A stretch of DNA of 64,000 bases from an uncultured Pseudomonadales bacterium (lineage in GTDB: Bacteria; Patescibacteriota; Microgenomatia; UBA1400; MFAQ01), in the NCBI GenBank assembly GCA_964487665.1, contig CAZARR010000003.1:6998-70997 (forward strand), given 5' to 3'. A program made the position numbers and the translations under genes. Positions 48,947-59,166 of the stretch are shown here, piece after piece; position 1 is the stretch's first letter, and each line of letters starts with the position of its first letter. The notes beneath the pieces are model-generated. The model did not search any database and had not been told where the DNA came from. It saw nothing but the letters and a program-made list of their open reading frames with translations.

Positions 48947-50164
48947 TTATGTTTTGCTGGGACTTTGATAGGCAGTTAGTTTGGCGGCGATTTCTTTTTT
49001 GGCCTTGGCAGTCAAATCCACGGCCTCAAGTAATTCGGGGTGATTAATGAGCTCATCAATACGTATTAATTTGGCTTTAATCAATTTTGCACGAGTTTTG
49101 TCGGGTAGACCGAGCTGATCTATCTCGTACTCTTCGTTGCCGGTAACCACAATGCCCGGATCGGTCTGGTTAGATTTGATACTGATGGTCAGTCCGGTTA
49201 GTTTGGCGGCCAAACGTACATTTTGGCCACCTCGGCCGATTGCCAAAGAGAGCTGGTCGTGAGGGGCGGTAATGATTGTGTCCCGCTTGTCTTTGATGGC
49301 GACCTCTAAGTTATCCGCCGGAGAAAGAGCAGCCTTGACGAATTCCTCGAGGTTCTCGCTGAAGGGGACAATGTCAATCTTTTCCCCGTTGAGTTCATTA
49401 ATAATGGCTTGAACCCGAACTCCTTTTTGACCAACGCACGATCCGACAGGATCAACCCCCTCTTGGTGAGAGAGGACGGCCACTTTGACGCGGCTACCGG
49501 CTTCGCGGGCGATGGCTTTGATCTCGACCACACCCGAACCCACCTCCGGTACTTCACGGGCGAATAAACCTTTTACCAAATCTGGGTGGGAGCGAGAGAC
49601 GATAATAGTTTCGCCGCGGGGTAACAGTTCTATCTTTTCAATGAGAAAGCTAAAGCGAGCATTCAGGCGGTAAAACTCACCTTTAACCTGCCCATCGGGA
49701 AGAAGAGTGGCTTGACCACGTCCAAGATCAATAATGATATTGGCATTGTCGTGGCGGAGGACCATTCCGGGAATGATCTGGCCTACTTTGTCACGATAAT
49801 CGCTAATTGTGGCGGCGCGTTCGGCTTCACGGATCTTTTGAAGAACAACCTGTTTGGCAGTTTGGGCGGCGATTCGGCCAAAACCGGGAGGGGTAATGTC
49901 AACGAGATCTTTGGGTTTGTCGCCCTGATGTCCCTTAAAAAGTTTAAATTCACCGGTGCCAGAATCGAGCTCTACAACTATGTCCAGTTCCGAGTCGGCG
50001 ACCTTTTGGGCTTCGTCGGGATAGTCTTTGGCAAAGGAGGCTGCTAGGGCGGCCTTGATCGAGTCAATAACTATCTGCGGGGAAATACCCCGCTCGTTGC
50101 AAATTTGATTGATTGCGGCTGCGAATTCGGTGCGAGCGGTTAGTTGGTTGTCGTTAATACTCAT
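48947..50164 (-). CDS. nusA: Transcription termination/antitermination factor NusA
   Basis: S1 and KH domains; typical nusA-infB order. Confidence 0.9.
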   Translation of the reverse strand: MSINDNQLTARTEFAAAINQICNERGISPQIVIDSIKAALAASFAKDYPDEAQKVADSELDIVVELDSGTGEFKLFKGHQGDKPKDLVDITPPGFGRIAAQTAKQVVLQKIREAERAATISDYRDKVGQIIPGMVLRHDNANIIIDLGRGQATLLPDGQVKGEFYRLNARFSFLIEKIELLPRGETIIVSRSHPDLVKGLFAREVPEVGSGVVEIKAIAREAGSRVKVAVLSHQEGVDPVGSCVGQKGVRVQAIINELNGEKIDIVPFSENLEEFVKAALSPADNLEVAIKDKRDTIITAPHDQLSLAIGRGGQNVRLAAKLTGLTISIKSNQTDPGIVVTGNEEYEIDQLGLPDKTRAKLIKAKLIRIDELINHPELLEAVDLTAKAKKEIAAKLTAYQSPSKT

Positions 50165-50194
50165 ATTGATATTTTATAAACTAATAAATTAAGG

Positions 50195-50219
50195 CAAATA
50201 AAAAGGTGGCCTAGCCACC
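50195..50219 (-). terminator. Rho-independent terminator after dnaJ
   Basis: Minus-strand RNA GGUGGC-UAG-GCCACC (50205-50219) followed by UUUUUAUUUG (50195-50204). Confidence 0.55.
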
Positions 50220-50264
50220 CTATTCACTCTTAACTCCCAGCTTGAATTATAACACTTTGGCGGA

Positions 50265-51125
50265 TTAATTTTGATCGAATTGTTCCAACAATTGCTTTTG
50301 GCGGTTGGAAATACGAGTGGGTAGTTTGATGATTAGGCGGATGTAGAAATCTCCGCGCCGGTGTGAGTGGACATCTTTGGCACCAACACCAGAAAGCCTG
50401 ATAACGGTACCCGGCTGGGTTCCTGGGCGAACCTTAATTTTCAAATCATCTTTATCGAGCGTTCTGACTCGAATATCTGTTCCCAGTATGGCCAAGCTAA
50501 AGGGTAGTTCGTAATCTACGTAGATATCATTTCCGTCTCGTTTAAAATAGGGGTCCGGTAAGACATCAACGCTTACATCGAATTGGTCATAACGGATGCG
50601 GGTGCCATTGTCAGACCCTGCCGGGATTTTGATGGTGTGTTGACGGCCCTGGTGGACAATTGTCCGGGAAACCCCGCGAATAGCGTCAAGAAAATCGATT
50701 TTTAGACTATAGTGGGGTTTGGCCGGGCGGCCTCCCATTCGGCCACCAAAAAAACTTTCAAAAATTTCGAAAGGGTCTGAGAATCCACCGAACATGTCGG
50801 CAAAATCCCCTGGGGAGCCGGTAGAGGTGTAATAAGTGTAGTTGAATGGTCCAGTCCGACCAGGAGCTCCTGAGCTGGCAAATGGTCCACCGCTGGCGGG
50901 GTCAAAGGCTGCGTGGCCAAATTGGTCGTAAGCCTGTTTTTTATCGGGATTTGAAAGAACCTCGTAGGCTTCGTTGATTTCCTTAAACTTATCCTCAGCA
51001 TCGGGGGCTTTGTTGCGGTCAGGGTGAAACTGCAAGGCCATCTTGCGGTAAGCCGACTTGATTTCGGTAGCCGAAGAGTTCTTGGTGACACCCAAAATAT
51101 CATAATAATCCCGCTTGGTGGACAT
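50265..51125 (-). CDS. dnaJ: DnaJ-family co-chaperone, type II (J domain + G/F region + C-terminal domains, no CxxCxGxG zinc finger)
   Basis: J domain DYYDILGV ... HPDRN; G/F-rich linker; 286 aa. Confidence 0.85.
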   Translation of the reverse strand: MSTKRDYYDILGVTKNSSATEIKSAYRKMALQFHPDRNKAPDAEDKFKEINEAYEVLSNPDKKQAYDQFGHAAFDPASGGPFASSGAPGRTGPFNYTYYTSTGSPGDFADMFGGFSDPFEIFESFFGGRMGGRPAKPHYSLKIDFLDAIRGVSRTIVHQGRQHTIKIPAGSDNGTRIRYDQFDVSVDVLPDPYFKRDGNDIYVDYELPFSLAILGTDIRVRTLDKDDLKIKVRPGTQPGTVIRLSGVGAKDVHSHRRGDFYIRLIIKLPTRISNRQKQLLEQFDQN

Positions 51126-53056
51126 TACTCAACCACCGTGCCTTCCTCGACAGTACCGGCGTCTTTCTCAGACTTCTTGTCTTTGCTGGAGGCGTCCTTT
51201 TGCTGATCTTCTTTTGGGGTTGCTTGTTCGTCTGCAGCTGGGGTGGTGGGTTGAGCAGCCTTGTAAAGAGCCTCGGAGTGTTTTTGGGCAATATCTATTG
51301 CCTTTTTCATCTTGGTATCGATTGAGTCGAGGGTGGCGCTATCTTTTTTAGTTTCGTCTTCGAGCTCGGTGAGGGCTTTTTCTATTTCGTCTTTGGCTCC
51401 ACTGTCAAACTTATCACCAGCGTCCTTGATCGTTTTGCGGGTTGAACCGATAAAAGCATCTGCTTCATTACGTTTGTCAACGAATGCTTTGCGTTTTTCA
51501 TCAGCTTCTTTGTTGGCCTCTGCCTCTTTGCGCAATCGCTCGACCTCATCTTCGCTCAAATTGGTGGCATTCTTTATGGTAATTTTTTGGACTTTATCGG
51601 TAGCCTTGTCTTTGGCCGAAACGTTAAGGATGCCGTTTGAGTCAATATCAAAAGTGACTTCAATTTGAGGTACACCACGGGATGCTGGGGGAATCCCATC
51701 GAGAATAAAACGTCCGAGCGACTTGTTGTCTGTGGCCATGGGACGCTCGCCCTGGAGAACGTTGATTTCCACCTGGGGCTGGTTGTCCGAGGCCGTGGAA
51801 AACACCTGAGATTTGTTGGTGGGAATTGTAGTGTTGCGCTCTATCAAAGGAGTCATCACACCGCCGAGGGTTTCTAACCCCAAAGTCAGGGGGGTGACAT
51901 CCAACAAAAGGACATCTTTAACATCTCCGGCTAAGACTCCACCTTGAATGGCGGCTCCTAAGGCGACAACTTCGTCAGGATTGATACCCTTGTGGGGCTC
52001 TTTGCCAAAAAATTCTTTGACCACAGATGAGACCATGGGCATTCTGGTCATTCCACCAACCAAGACAACCTCATCGATCTTGGTGACGTCAATTTTGGCA
52101 TCCTTAAGAGCCTGTTTGACTGGATCAAGTGTTTTTTGAACCAAATCTTTGACAAGGTCTTCTAGCTTGGCTCGAGTAAGTTTCAGGTTTAGGTGCAGAG
52201 GCTGCCCGTCACTTCCCTGAGAGATAAAGGGTTGGTTAATCTCAGTTTCGGTGGCACTAGAAAGCTCAATCTTGGCTTTTTCAGCAGCGTCTTTGATGCG
52301 TTGAAGAGCCTGCTTGTCTTTGCCTAGGTCGATACCATTTTCTTTTTTAAACTCCGCAAGGATATACTCGATGATTCTTTCGTCGAAGTCATCACCTCCC
52401 AGAAAGGTGTCGCCATTGGTGGATTTGACCTCGAAAAGACCATCGCCAAGTTCGAGGATCGAGATATCAAAGGTGCCACCACCCAGATCATAAACGGCGA
52501 TAGTTTCGCTTTTGCCTTTGTCCAAACCATAAGCTAGGGCAGCGGCTGTTGGTTCGTTGATAATACGCTTGACTTCGAGCCCGGCAATTTGGCCCGCTTG
52601 TTTGGTCGCTTGGCGTTGTGAATCGTCGAAATAGGCCGGAACGGTAATAACTGCTTCCGTCACGGTCTGGCCTAAATAACTTTCGGCGTCTGTCTTGGCT
52701 TTTTGAAGTATTTTGGCGCTAATTTCCTGGGGAGTATAGGTTTTGTCCCCGATTTTGACTGCGGCAGATTGGTCAGAACTTTTAACGATATTATAGGGAA
52801 CAAGTTTTTTAGTTTTTTCAACTTGCGGATCATCGAATCGTCGACCCATGAGACGCTTGACGGAATAGATGGAGGTTTCGGGGTTTAAAATCATTTGCCG
52901 CTTGGCCACGTCCCCAACTAGATTTTTTAGGGGGGAAACAATCGAAGGAAAGGTGTTTCTTCCTTCAGCGGTGGGGATAATTTTGGCAGTGCCACCTTCC
53001 ATGACGGCAACTGCGCTGTTAGTGGTTCCTAGATCGATACCGATGATTTTTGTCAT
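51125..53056 (-). CDS. dnaK: Chaperone DnaK (Hsp70)
   Basis: [18 protein letters not shown], Hsp70 substrate-binding domain; 643 aa. Confidence 0.95.
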   Translation of the reverse strand: MTKIIGIDLGTTNSAVAVMEGGTAKIIPTAEGRNTFPSIVSPLKNLVGDVAKRQMILNPETSIYSVKRLMGRRFDDPQVEKTKKLVPYNIVKSSDQSAAVKIGDKTYTPQEISAKILQKAKTDAESYLGQTVTEAVITVPAYFDDSQRQATKQAGQIAGLEVKRIINEPTAAALAYGLDKGKSETIAVYDLGGGTFDISILELGDGLFEVKSTNGDTFLGGDDFDERIIEYILAEFKKENGIDLGKDKQALQRIKDAAEKAKIELSSATETEINQPFISQGSDGQPLHLNLKLTRAKLEDLVKDLVQKTLDPVKQALKDAKIDVTKIDEVVLVGGMTRMPMVSSVVKEFFGKEPHKGINPDEVVALGAAIQGGVLAGDVKDVLLLDVTPLTLGLETLGGVMTPLIERNTTIPTNKSQVFSTASDNQPQVEINVLQGERPMATDNKSLGRFILDGIPPASRGVPQIEVTFDIDSNGILNVSAKDKATDKVQKITIKNATNLSEDEVERLRKEAEANKEADEKRKAFVDKRNEADAFIGSTRKTIKDAGDKFDSGAKDEIEKALTELEDETKKDSATLDSIDTKMKKAIDIAQKHSEALYKAAQPTTPAADEQATPKEDQQKDASSKDKKSEKDAGTVEEGTVVE

Positions 53057-53080
53057 ATTGTTTGATTAAAAAATAATAAT

Positions 53081-53518
53081 TTAATTGGTAGCGCCAGCGA
53101 TTTTTCCCCGACCAACTTTGACACCGGCGGGGCGGATAAGTTTACCGTTGTGGTAACGGTAACCTCGCGAGATGGTTTCGATGACTTTGTTTTTTGGCCC
53201 GTCAACTGTTTCGAGACATTCCATGGAGCTTGGATCAAAATCCGAGTTAGTTGGCTCGAAGATTACAATGCCCTCTTCACTGAGCATTTTTTCGATACCA
53301 ACAATGATCTGATTGAGGCCTTGGTCGTGAAGATGTGTCTGGGCTCGGATGAGGTCATCAACCACCGGGAGCAGTTTCTCGATGAGGACCTCGTTGGCAA
53401 AGCGGATGATGTTGATTCTATCTACCTCGAACCGTTTTTGTAAATTTTGATAGTCCGCCAGGGCGCGTTTGTACTTTTCTTCATATTGGTCGGTATGGGA
53501 GTGTGGTTTGGTGGTCAT
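53081..53518 (-). CDS. grpE: Nucleotide exchange factor GrpE
   Basis: GrpE coiled-coil plus beta domain; position between hrcA and dnaK. Confidence 0.85.
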   Translation of the reverse strand: MTTKPHSHTDQYEEKYKRALADYQNLQKRFEVDRINIIRFANEVLIEKLLPVVDDLIRAQTHLHDQGLNQIIVGIEKMLSEEGIVIFEPTNSDFDPSSMECLETVDGPKNKVIETISRGYRYHNGKLIRPAGVKVGRGKIAGATN

Positions 53519-53524
53519 GAATGA

Positions 53525-54247
53525 TTATTCGGAGGCTATTTGATTAACTAAGTTGGCAATATAGCGAAGCATGGGTATATTGTGATTGTATGTCTGCCGA
53601 GAGGGAGCAATCAGACCTAATCGGCCGCGTTTATCACCCACTTGAATATCCGCGTACAGACAACTGACATCCGCCAAATTATCGTAACCCAATTCTGCAC
53701 CCACTAAAAGATGGATAGGGTCGTTGCCGAAACCACGGTTGAACATTTCCCAGATAGAGCCATAGTGGTCAATAATCATAAATACTTGACGAGTGGCTTG
53801 CAGGTTTAAAAATTCCTGAAACTCAAGCAAATAAGGGTAGCCGTGGTGGTATAGGTGTGAGTCTTCAAGAACAGCAATGGATAACGATCTGGTTCTATCA
53901 GCCAGTATTCTGGTGGCTTCCTGAAGTAAACTTTCAGAGTCGCGGCGGTTTTCCCAAACTTTTTCTTTGACGACGATCTCCTCGGCTACGGACAGGCCCC
54001 GTTCTTGCATTAATTCGTTGACATAGAGCTTGATAGCCATAGGAGTGGGGACACGGCCGGCTGAAGAATGGGGCTGTCGAAGGTAGCCTTTGGATTCCAA
54101 ATCGGCCATTTCGTTTCGCAGTGTAGCGGGCGAAACTCCCAGGCGATATTTTTGCTCGAGGGTGACACTGCCGACGGGGTCAGCAGTGGCTGTATATTCG
54201 TCAACGATGGCCTTTATGATGGCGATTTGGCGCGAGGTTAAATCCAT
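53525..54247 (-). CDS. hrcA: Heat-inducible transcription repressor HrcA (short form)
   Basis: N-terminal winged-helix (LTSRQIAIIKAIVDEYTATADPVGS); first gene of the hrcA-grpE-dnaK-dnaJ block. Confidence 0.8.
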   Translation of the reverse strand: MDLTSRQIAIIKAIVDEYTATADPVGSVTLEQKYRLGVSPATLRNEMADLESKGYLRQPHSSAGRVPTPMAIKLYVNELMQERGLSVAEEIVVKEKVWENRRDSESLLQEATRILADRTRSLSIAVLEDSHLYHHGYPYLLEFQEFLNLQATRQVFMIIDHYGSIWEMFNRGFGNDPIHLLVGAELGYDNLADVSCLYADIQVGDKRGRLGLIAPSRQTYNHNIPMLRYIANLVNQIASE

Positions 54248-54249
54248 AA

Positions 54250-54276
54250 TTAGCAGAAGGATAGCACGAGTGATAA
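54250..54276. promoter_or_regulatory. CIRCE-like imperfect inverted repeat immediately upstream of the hrcA start
   Basis: TTAGCAGAA-GGATAGCAC-GAGTGATAA versus CIRCE consensus TTAGCACTC-N9-GAGTGCTAA. Left arm 6/9, right arm 8/9. Located 3-30 nt from the hrcA ATG. Confidence 0.35.
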
Positions 54277-54315
54277 ATTGGTGTCAAGCAGCCGAAAGTT
54301 GGGTATGATGGAAGT

Positions 54316-55698
54316 ATGAAACCAAAGAGTTGGGGGGTTTGGCTACCACTCGTGTTGGGAAGCGTGATAATAGTGTTACTGGGAGTGATAATTCCTCGCA
54401 GGGTAAGATATTCTTCCCGCGCTCGGGACGTGGCAGCAAATCTGACCATTGATCTTTCGGGGCATCTTGGCAAACAACCTAAACTGTGGGCTGATTTGGC
54501 TCAGGGGGGAGAAGAAAACAAACCAATGTTGGGTCCGGCCATTGACAAAATAAGCGATTTGTCGCCCGGATATATTCGACTTGATCATATCTATGACTTT
54601 TTTAATGTGGTTAAGGTTGAGGGAGGCCAGGTTCAATTTAACTGGAGCGGGTTGGACCGAGCAGTTGGTGAGATAACAATGACGGGAGCTAAGCCTATGC
54701 TGGTGTTGTCATATATGCCACTATCGATATCTTCCGGCTCGATTACCGATCCTCCAAGAAATTGGAGTGATTGGCAAAATCTCGTTCGAGCGACCATAGA
54801 GCATTATAGTGGTCGGGGGAACAAGGCTATAGGGGGGGTAATTTACGAGGTTTGGAACGAACCGGATCTGTTTGGCAGCTTCAAAACTTATGGACCGAGG
54901 AATTATCTGACGATGTACCAATATGCGGCTCAGGGGGCGATGCAGGCACGTGACGTGTTGCACTTTGAAATTGGTGGGCCAGCGATAACTAACTATTATG
55001 CAAACTGGATCGAAAGGTTGATTAATTACGCTGATGAGAATAAATTACGTCTAGATTTTGTTAGTTGGCATCGATATTCATTGGACGTAGATAGTTTTGC
55101 CATAGATATAGACAAGGCGAGACAGTTGGCAGAGAGAATTCCGGCTCTGGTTAATTTAAAGTTCTATTTGACTGAGTGGGGACACAATAGCGCTAACGAT
55201 AGCGGTTATGACACTACTTTTGGAGCTATTCATAACATGGCGGTATATCAGTCGATTGTTGGTAAGGTCGATCGGGCTTTTTCATTCGAAATAAAAGATG
55301 GTCCTGGAAGCTCAAAGTACTGGGGCAGGTGGGGAATGTTGACACACGAAAATTTTGGGGTGGATGAAAAGCCGCGGTATAAGGCACTTAGATTTTTAAA
55401 TAATCTGTATCAATTCCGACTAGGGGCTGTTGGTCAGGGAACTTTTGTGCGGGCTCTGGCTACGACAAATGAAGCCGGGGATGTCAGATTACTTTTGACT
55501 AATTTTGACACAGAAGGGAGACACTTTGAGTCCGTGCCCATTTTGTTTGACAATTTGCCCAAGAGGGAATTTAGCTACAAGCGAATAGATTTTTTGGGGG
55601 GGAGTAATACTGTTAGAGTGGCTACATCCGAGGCGGTTTTTGCGTCTAGAGAGGGGATTGGACCAAATAGTGCAGCAATAATCGAGCTGGATTTTTAG
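54316..55698 (+). CDS. Membrane-anchored glycoside hydrolase, clan GH-A (GH39/GH5-like TIM barrel)
   Basis: N-terminal TM WGVWLPLVLGSVIIVLLGVII; acid/base motif IYEVWNEPD; nucleophile motif YLTEWGH; 460 aa. Confidence 0.6.
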   Translation: MKPKSWGVWLPLVLGSVIIVLLGVIIPRRVRYSSRARDVAANLTIDLSGHLGKQPKLWADLAQGGEENKPMLGPAIDKISDLSPGYIRLDHIYDFFNVVKVEGGQVQFNWSGLDRAVGEITMTGAKPMLVLSYMPLSISSGSITDPPRNWSDWQNLVRATIEHYSGRGNKAIGGVIYEVWNEPDLFGSFKTYGPRNYLTMYQYAAQGAMQARDVLHFEIGGPAITNYYANWIERLINYADENKLRLDFVSWHRYSLDVDSFAIDIDKARQLAERIPALVNLKFYLTEWGHNSANDSGYDTTFGAIHNMAVYQSIVGKVDRAFSFEIKDGPGSSKYWGRWGMLTHENFGVDEKPRYKALRFLNNLYQFRLGAVGQGTFVRALATTNEAGDVRLLLTNFDTEGRHFESVPILFDNLPKREFSYKRIDFLGGSNTVRVATSEAVFASREGIGPNSAAIIELDF

Positions 55699-55701
55699 AT
55701 T

Positions 55702-57480
55702 TCAATTCAGCTTCAAAATCGACAGGAATGTCTGAGGCGGAAGACTGACCTTGCCAAATTGTCGCATCCTTTGTTTACCTCGCTTTTGTTTCTCGAGCAG
55801 TTTCATTCGTCTGGTGCGATCCCCTCCATGCAGTTTGGCTGTGACGTCTTTGCGAAATGCTTTGATAGTGCGTCGGGCAATAATCTGATGATTAGCTGTT
55901 ACTTGTACGGCTACTTCAATTTGCTGCCGTGGTATGGATTGGGCCAATTTGTCTGCTAGTAGACGGGCTTTGGATTGGCTTTGGTCGGAACTTATGAGGA
56001 TCGATAGCGGAGTCACCTCGACGCCATTTAATAGTACGGTAAGTTTGGTTAGGTTCACTTCGCGCCAACTGTCGATTTGATAATCGACAGAAGCGTAACC
56101 AGAAGTAGATGATTTGAGGTTATCGTGAAGAGCGGTGATGACTTCGAGCAAAGGCATGGAATAAACGACGTTTGCCAGTTGATCGAGATAGCTAACATCG
56201 ATGAGGTCACCGCGAAGGTGTTCGCAAACAGAAAAGATGTCCCCGAGATAGCTACTCGGGGCAATAATGGTGGTTTTGGCCATTGGCTCGTAGATGGTAC
56301 CAATGTGAGAGGCGGGGTCAAAGTCAGCGGGGTTGGCGATAAATCGTTCCTCGCCATTAGAAGAGATCACTTTGTATTCAACTGAGGGAGAGGTGGTAAT
56401 GATATCAAGATGAAACTCCTGCTGTAATCTTTCGGAGGTTACTTCAGCGTGGAGCAGCCCAAGGAACCCAACCCGCAAACCCTGGCCCAGAGCAGGTGAA
56501 CTGATGGGGCGGATTTCTAGGGAACTATCGCTCAGACGTAATTTCCCCATCGCGTCACTTAGTTCCTTGTACAAGCCATTAACTAAAAAGATATCAAGAA
56601 ATAGGTTGGGGTGGACGCGACGATAACCTGGGAGGGAAGCCAAGTTATTTGGTTGGGGGTAATGGCAGATGGTGTCTCCTACGCCTACCTCGCGAATATC
56701 TTTGAAATTGGTGACGATGTAACCAACCTCACCCGAGGACAAGCTGTCTTTTGGCTCTCGGTTGGGGGTAAAAACCCCAAACTCAGTCGGGCGGAATCGA
56801 CGATGACTCGACATAAAAGTCAGTTCCTGATTGGGCAACAGAGTGCCTTCGCAGATTTTGACAAAGGCAATCACTCCTAAATGTTGATCAAAGGTGGAGT
56901 TGAAGACAAAAGCGCGAAATGGCTTACCAAGGTTAATAGCACTAGGACGAATAGAGTCTATAACTCGTTTTATAAGCTCTCCAATACCTTGACCGGTTTT
57001 GGCGCTGATTTGCAATGGGGCTAATGCCGGGAGCAACAACTTTGTTTGATTAATAACTGCTGGTACGTCGGCTAGAACGGCGTCAATCTTGTTGATGGCA
57101 GGGACAATGTCTAGGTTGAGATTTTGAGCTAAACGTAGATTAGCCACGGTCTGCGCTTGGACTCCCTTGGTGGCGTCGATGAGTAATATTGCACCTTCAC
57201 AAGCCTGAAGCGCACGCTCAACTTCGTAGTTAAAGTCGACGTGGCCGGGAGTATCGATGAGATTTAAAAGATACTGGTTGTCGGCAAGCCGATAGTGCAT
57301 GGAGACAGGAGCCATTTTGATGGTTATTCCGCGTGAGCGTTCGATGGGATTGCTATCAAGCAATTGATCATGCATTAACCGAGCATCGATGGTATTGGTT
57401 GCTTCGAGGAGGCGATCGGCTAGGGTGGATTTTCCAGCGTCGATGTGGGCAATAATGGCAAAGTTACGGATGTTGATCAC
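55702..57480 (-). CDS. lepA: Elongation factor 4 (LepA)
   Basis: [23 protein letters not shown]; LepA C-terminal domain; 592 aa. Confidence 0.95.
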   Translation of the reverse strand: MINIRNFAIIAHIDAGKSTLADRLLEATNTIDARLMHDQLLDSNPIERSRGITIKMAPVSMHYRLADNQYLLNLIDTPGHVDFNYEVERALQACEGAILLIDATKGVQAQTVANLRLAQNLNLDIVPAINKIDAVLADVPAVINQTKLLLPALAPLQISAKTGQGIGELIKRVIDSIRPSAINLGKPFRAFVFNSTFDQHLGVIAFVKICEGTLLPNQELTFMSSHRRFRPTEFGVFTPNREPKDSLSSGEVGYIVTNFKDIREVGVGDTICHYPQPNNLASLPGYRRVHPNLFLDIFLVNGLYKELSDAMGKLRLSDSSLEIRPISSPALGQGLRVGFLGLLHAEVTSERLQQEFHLDIITTSPSVEYKVISSNGEERFIANPADFDPASHIGTIYEPMAKTTIIAPSSYLGDIFSVCEHLRGDLIDVSYLDQLANVVYSMPLLEVITALHDNLKSSTSGYASVDYQIDSWREVNLTKLTVLLNGVEVTPLSILISSDQSQSKARLLADKLAQSIPRQQIEVAVQVTANHQIIARRTIKAFRKDVTAKLHGGDRTRRMKLLEKQKRGKQRMRQFGKVSLPPQTFLSILKLN

Positions 57481-59127
57481 TTAGTTTTGGGTTTGGGTAT
57501 CAATGACATCGCTGCTTGAGGATAGAATTTGGCGCCAGTTGCCCAGACGTTTTATTAGAGCCAAAGCATCGCGTAATTCTTCAATTTTGAAAATAAAACA
57601 AACCAGTACATATACCCCAACGCCAATGATGCTGACAATGGTAGTAAGGAGGATAAGAGGTAGGGTGTGGGTAGTGTCAAAAACAAAACGGTCAAGCAGA
57701 CGCATGGGAATCCATAGACAAATTCCGGTGGTAAGGCCAGCGGCCAGGTATTTTAAAAGCCGTTTTTCCAAGACTAGCGAGCCGGTTTTTTTGAGAATGA
57801 AATAGTAAAGGAGTAAAAAATCAATCGAGTTCGAAATAGTTAAAGCAAGACTAAGGCCTGGTAACCCAAGATGGAGAATAGTAACCAAAACGAACCCAAG
57901 TAAAGTAAATAGGGTGATGGTGATGAGGCTGATTAGTAGGGGGGTTTTGGTATCTTTGTGGGCGTAAAAGGCACGGACTAGAATGTGAGTAGTCGCCTGG
58001 GGGGCAATCGAAAGAGAAAGTAGAGCAAGCGTTTTGCCAGTCAAAAGGGTTGCCTCCCAAGGAAAGTTGTCGGCGCCGAAGGAGAGCCGGACCAAAGGAA
58101 TACGAAGAATTAGAACTAAAACCGAGGCAGGAATGGCAAAGAATAGGGTTTGTAACAACGATTTGCGAAGGGTTTGACGAAAAGCCTGTTGGTCAGAAAG
58201 AGCGGCCTCTTTTGACAAACTGGGAAAAGAGGCCTGGCCGAGAGCAACCCCAAAAAGACTTATCGGTAGTAAGTACAGCTGTCGGGCAAAGGTAAACATT
58301 GCCAGAGAACCACTAACCAAGAGGGAGCTAAGGTTGGTGGCAATAAAACGTTCGAATTGAGCGACTCCCAAGGCAGCGCTTCGCGCAGGCATCAAACGAA
58401 ACATGCTAACTACACCACGGTGTCGGAACGAAAATGACAATTTGGGAGTAAAACCCAAAGAGACGGCTGTGGGCAATTGAATGAGAAAATGCAGGATTGA
58501 ACCAATGACCATGCCAATGGCTGCAGAGTAGATACCAAAACGTGATGAGAGAGTAATGATACCAATGATGGTGCCCAGGTTATATAGAACCGGAGCCAAA
58601 GCTGGCAGCAAAAAACGGCGGTGGGCCTGAAGAACGCCGGTAAGAAAAGCGGAGATAGTAAAAAAGATTTGGGAAATGGCCATTATTCTCATCAGATCGG
58701 CTAACAAAAGGGTCTGTTGCACTCCGAAGTGGGTAATAAGTTGGGCCAGTGGTACTGCAAAAATAATTACCAATAGGGTAAAGAGAGCAAGAAGTAAGCC
58801 AAGCATGGTCATGGCGGTATTGGTTAGGTGGTTAGCCTCTTTTTCAGAAACTTTGAGGTAGTCCTGATAGATTGGCATAAAGGCCGCGGATAGAGAACCG
58901 ACAATTAGCAGCTGAAAAATGCCATCAGGAATAACCGAGGCGGCAAAATAGACATCAAGAGAACCTTCGTTGCCACCGAAGAACTGACCGGCCAGCAGGC
59001 GGTTGCGAATTACACCGAGTAGGGCCGAAAGTAGATAAGAGATGGCAATAATTGCGGCTGCCGAGAGAATATTTTTGTTTTCGCCATTTAATAGATGGCG
59101 CGAACGTTTGAGTATCGATTGGACCAT
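57481..59127 (-). CDS. murJ: Lipid II flippase MurJ/MviN
   Basis: 14-TM MOP-superfamily pattern with a MurJ N-terminal signature; 548 aa. Confidence 0.8.
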   Translation of the reverse strand: MVQSILKRSRHLLNGENKNILSAAAIIAISYLLSALLGVIRNRLLAGQFFGGNEGSLDVYFAASVIPDGIFQLLIVGSLSAAFMPIYQDYLKVSEKEANHLTNTAMTMLGLLLALFTLLVIIFAVPLAQLITHFGVQQTLLLADLMRIMAISQIFFTISAFLTGVLQAHRRFLLPALAPVLYNLGTIIGIITLSSRFGIYSAAIGMVIGSILHFLIQLPTAVSLGFTPKLSFSFRHRGVVSMFRLMPARSAALGVAQFERFIATNLSSLLVSGSLAMFTFARQLYLLPISLFGVALGQASFPSLSKEAALSDQQAFRQTLRKSLLQTLFFAIPASVLVLILRIPLVRLSFGADNFPWEATLLTGKTLALLSLSIAPQATTHILVRAFYAHKDTKTPLLISLITITLFTLLGFVLVTILHLGLPGLSLALTISNSIDFLLLYYFILKKTGSLVLEKRLLKYLAAGLTTGICLWIPMRLLDRFVFDTTHTLPLILLTTIVSIIGVGVYVLVCFIFKIEELRDALALIKRLGNWRQILSSSSDVIDTQTQN

Positions 59128-59166
59128 AGACTGGTTGATTATAAAGTGAAATGCTATAGTTTAAAT

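Noticed and set aside
53057-53080. Second CIRCE upstream of dnaK.
   Set aside because: The 24-nt spacer shows no TTAGCACTC-like inverted repeat.
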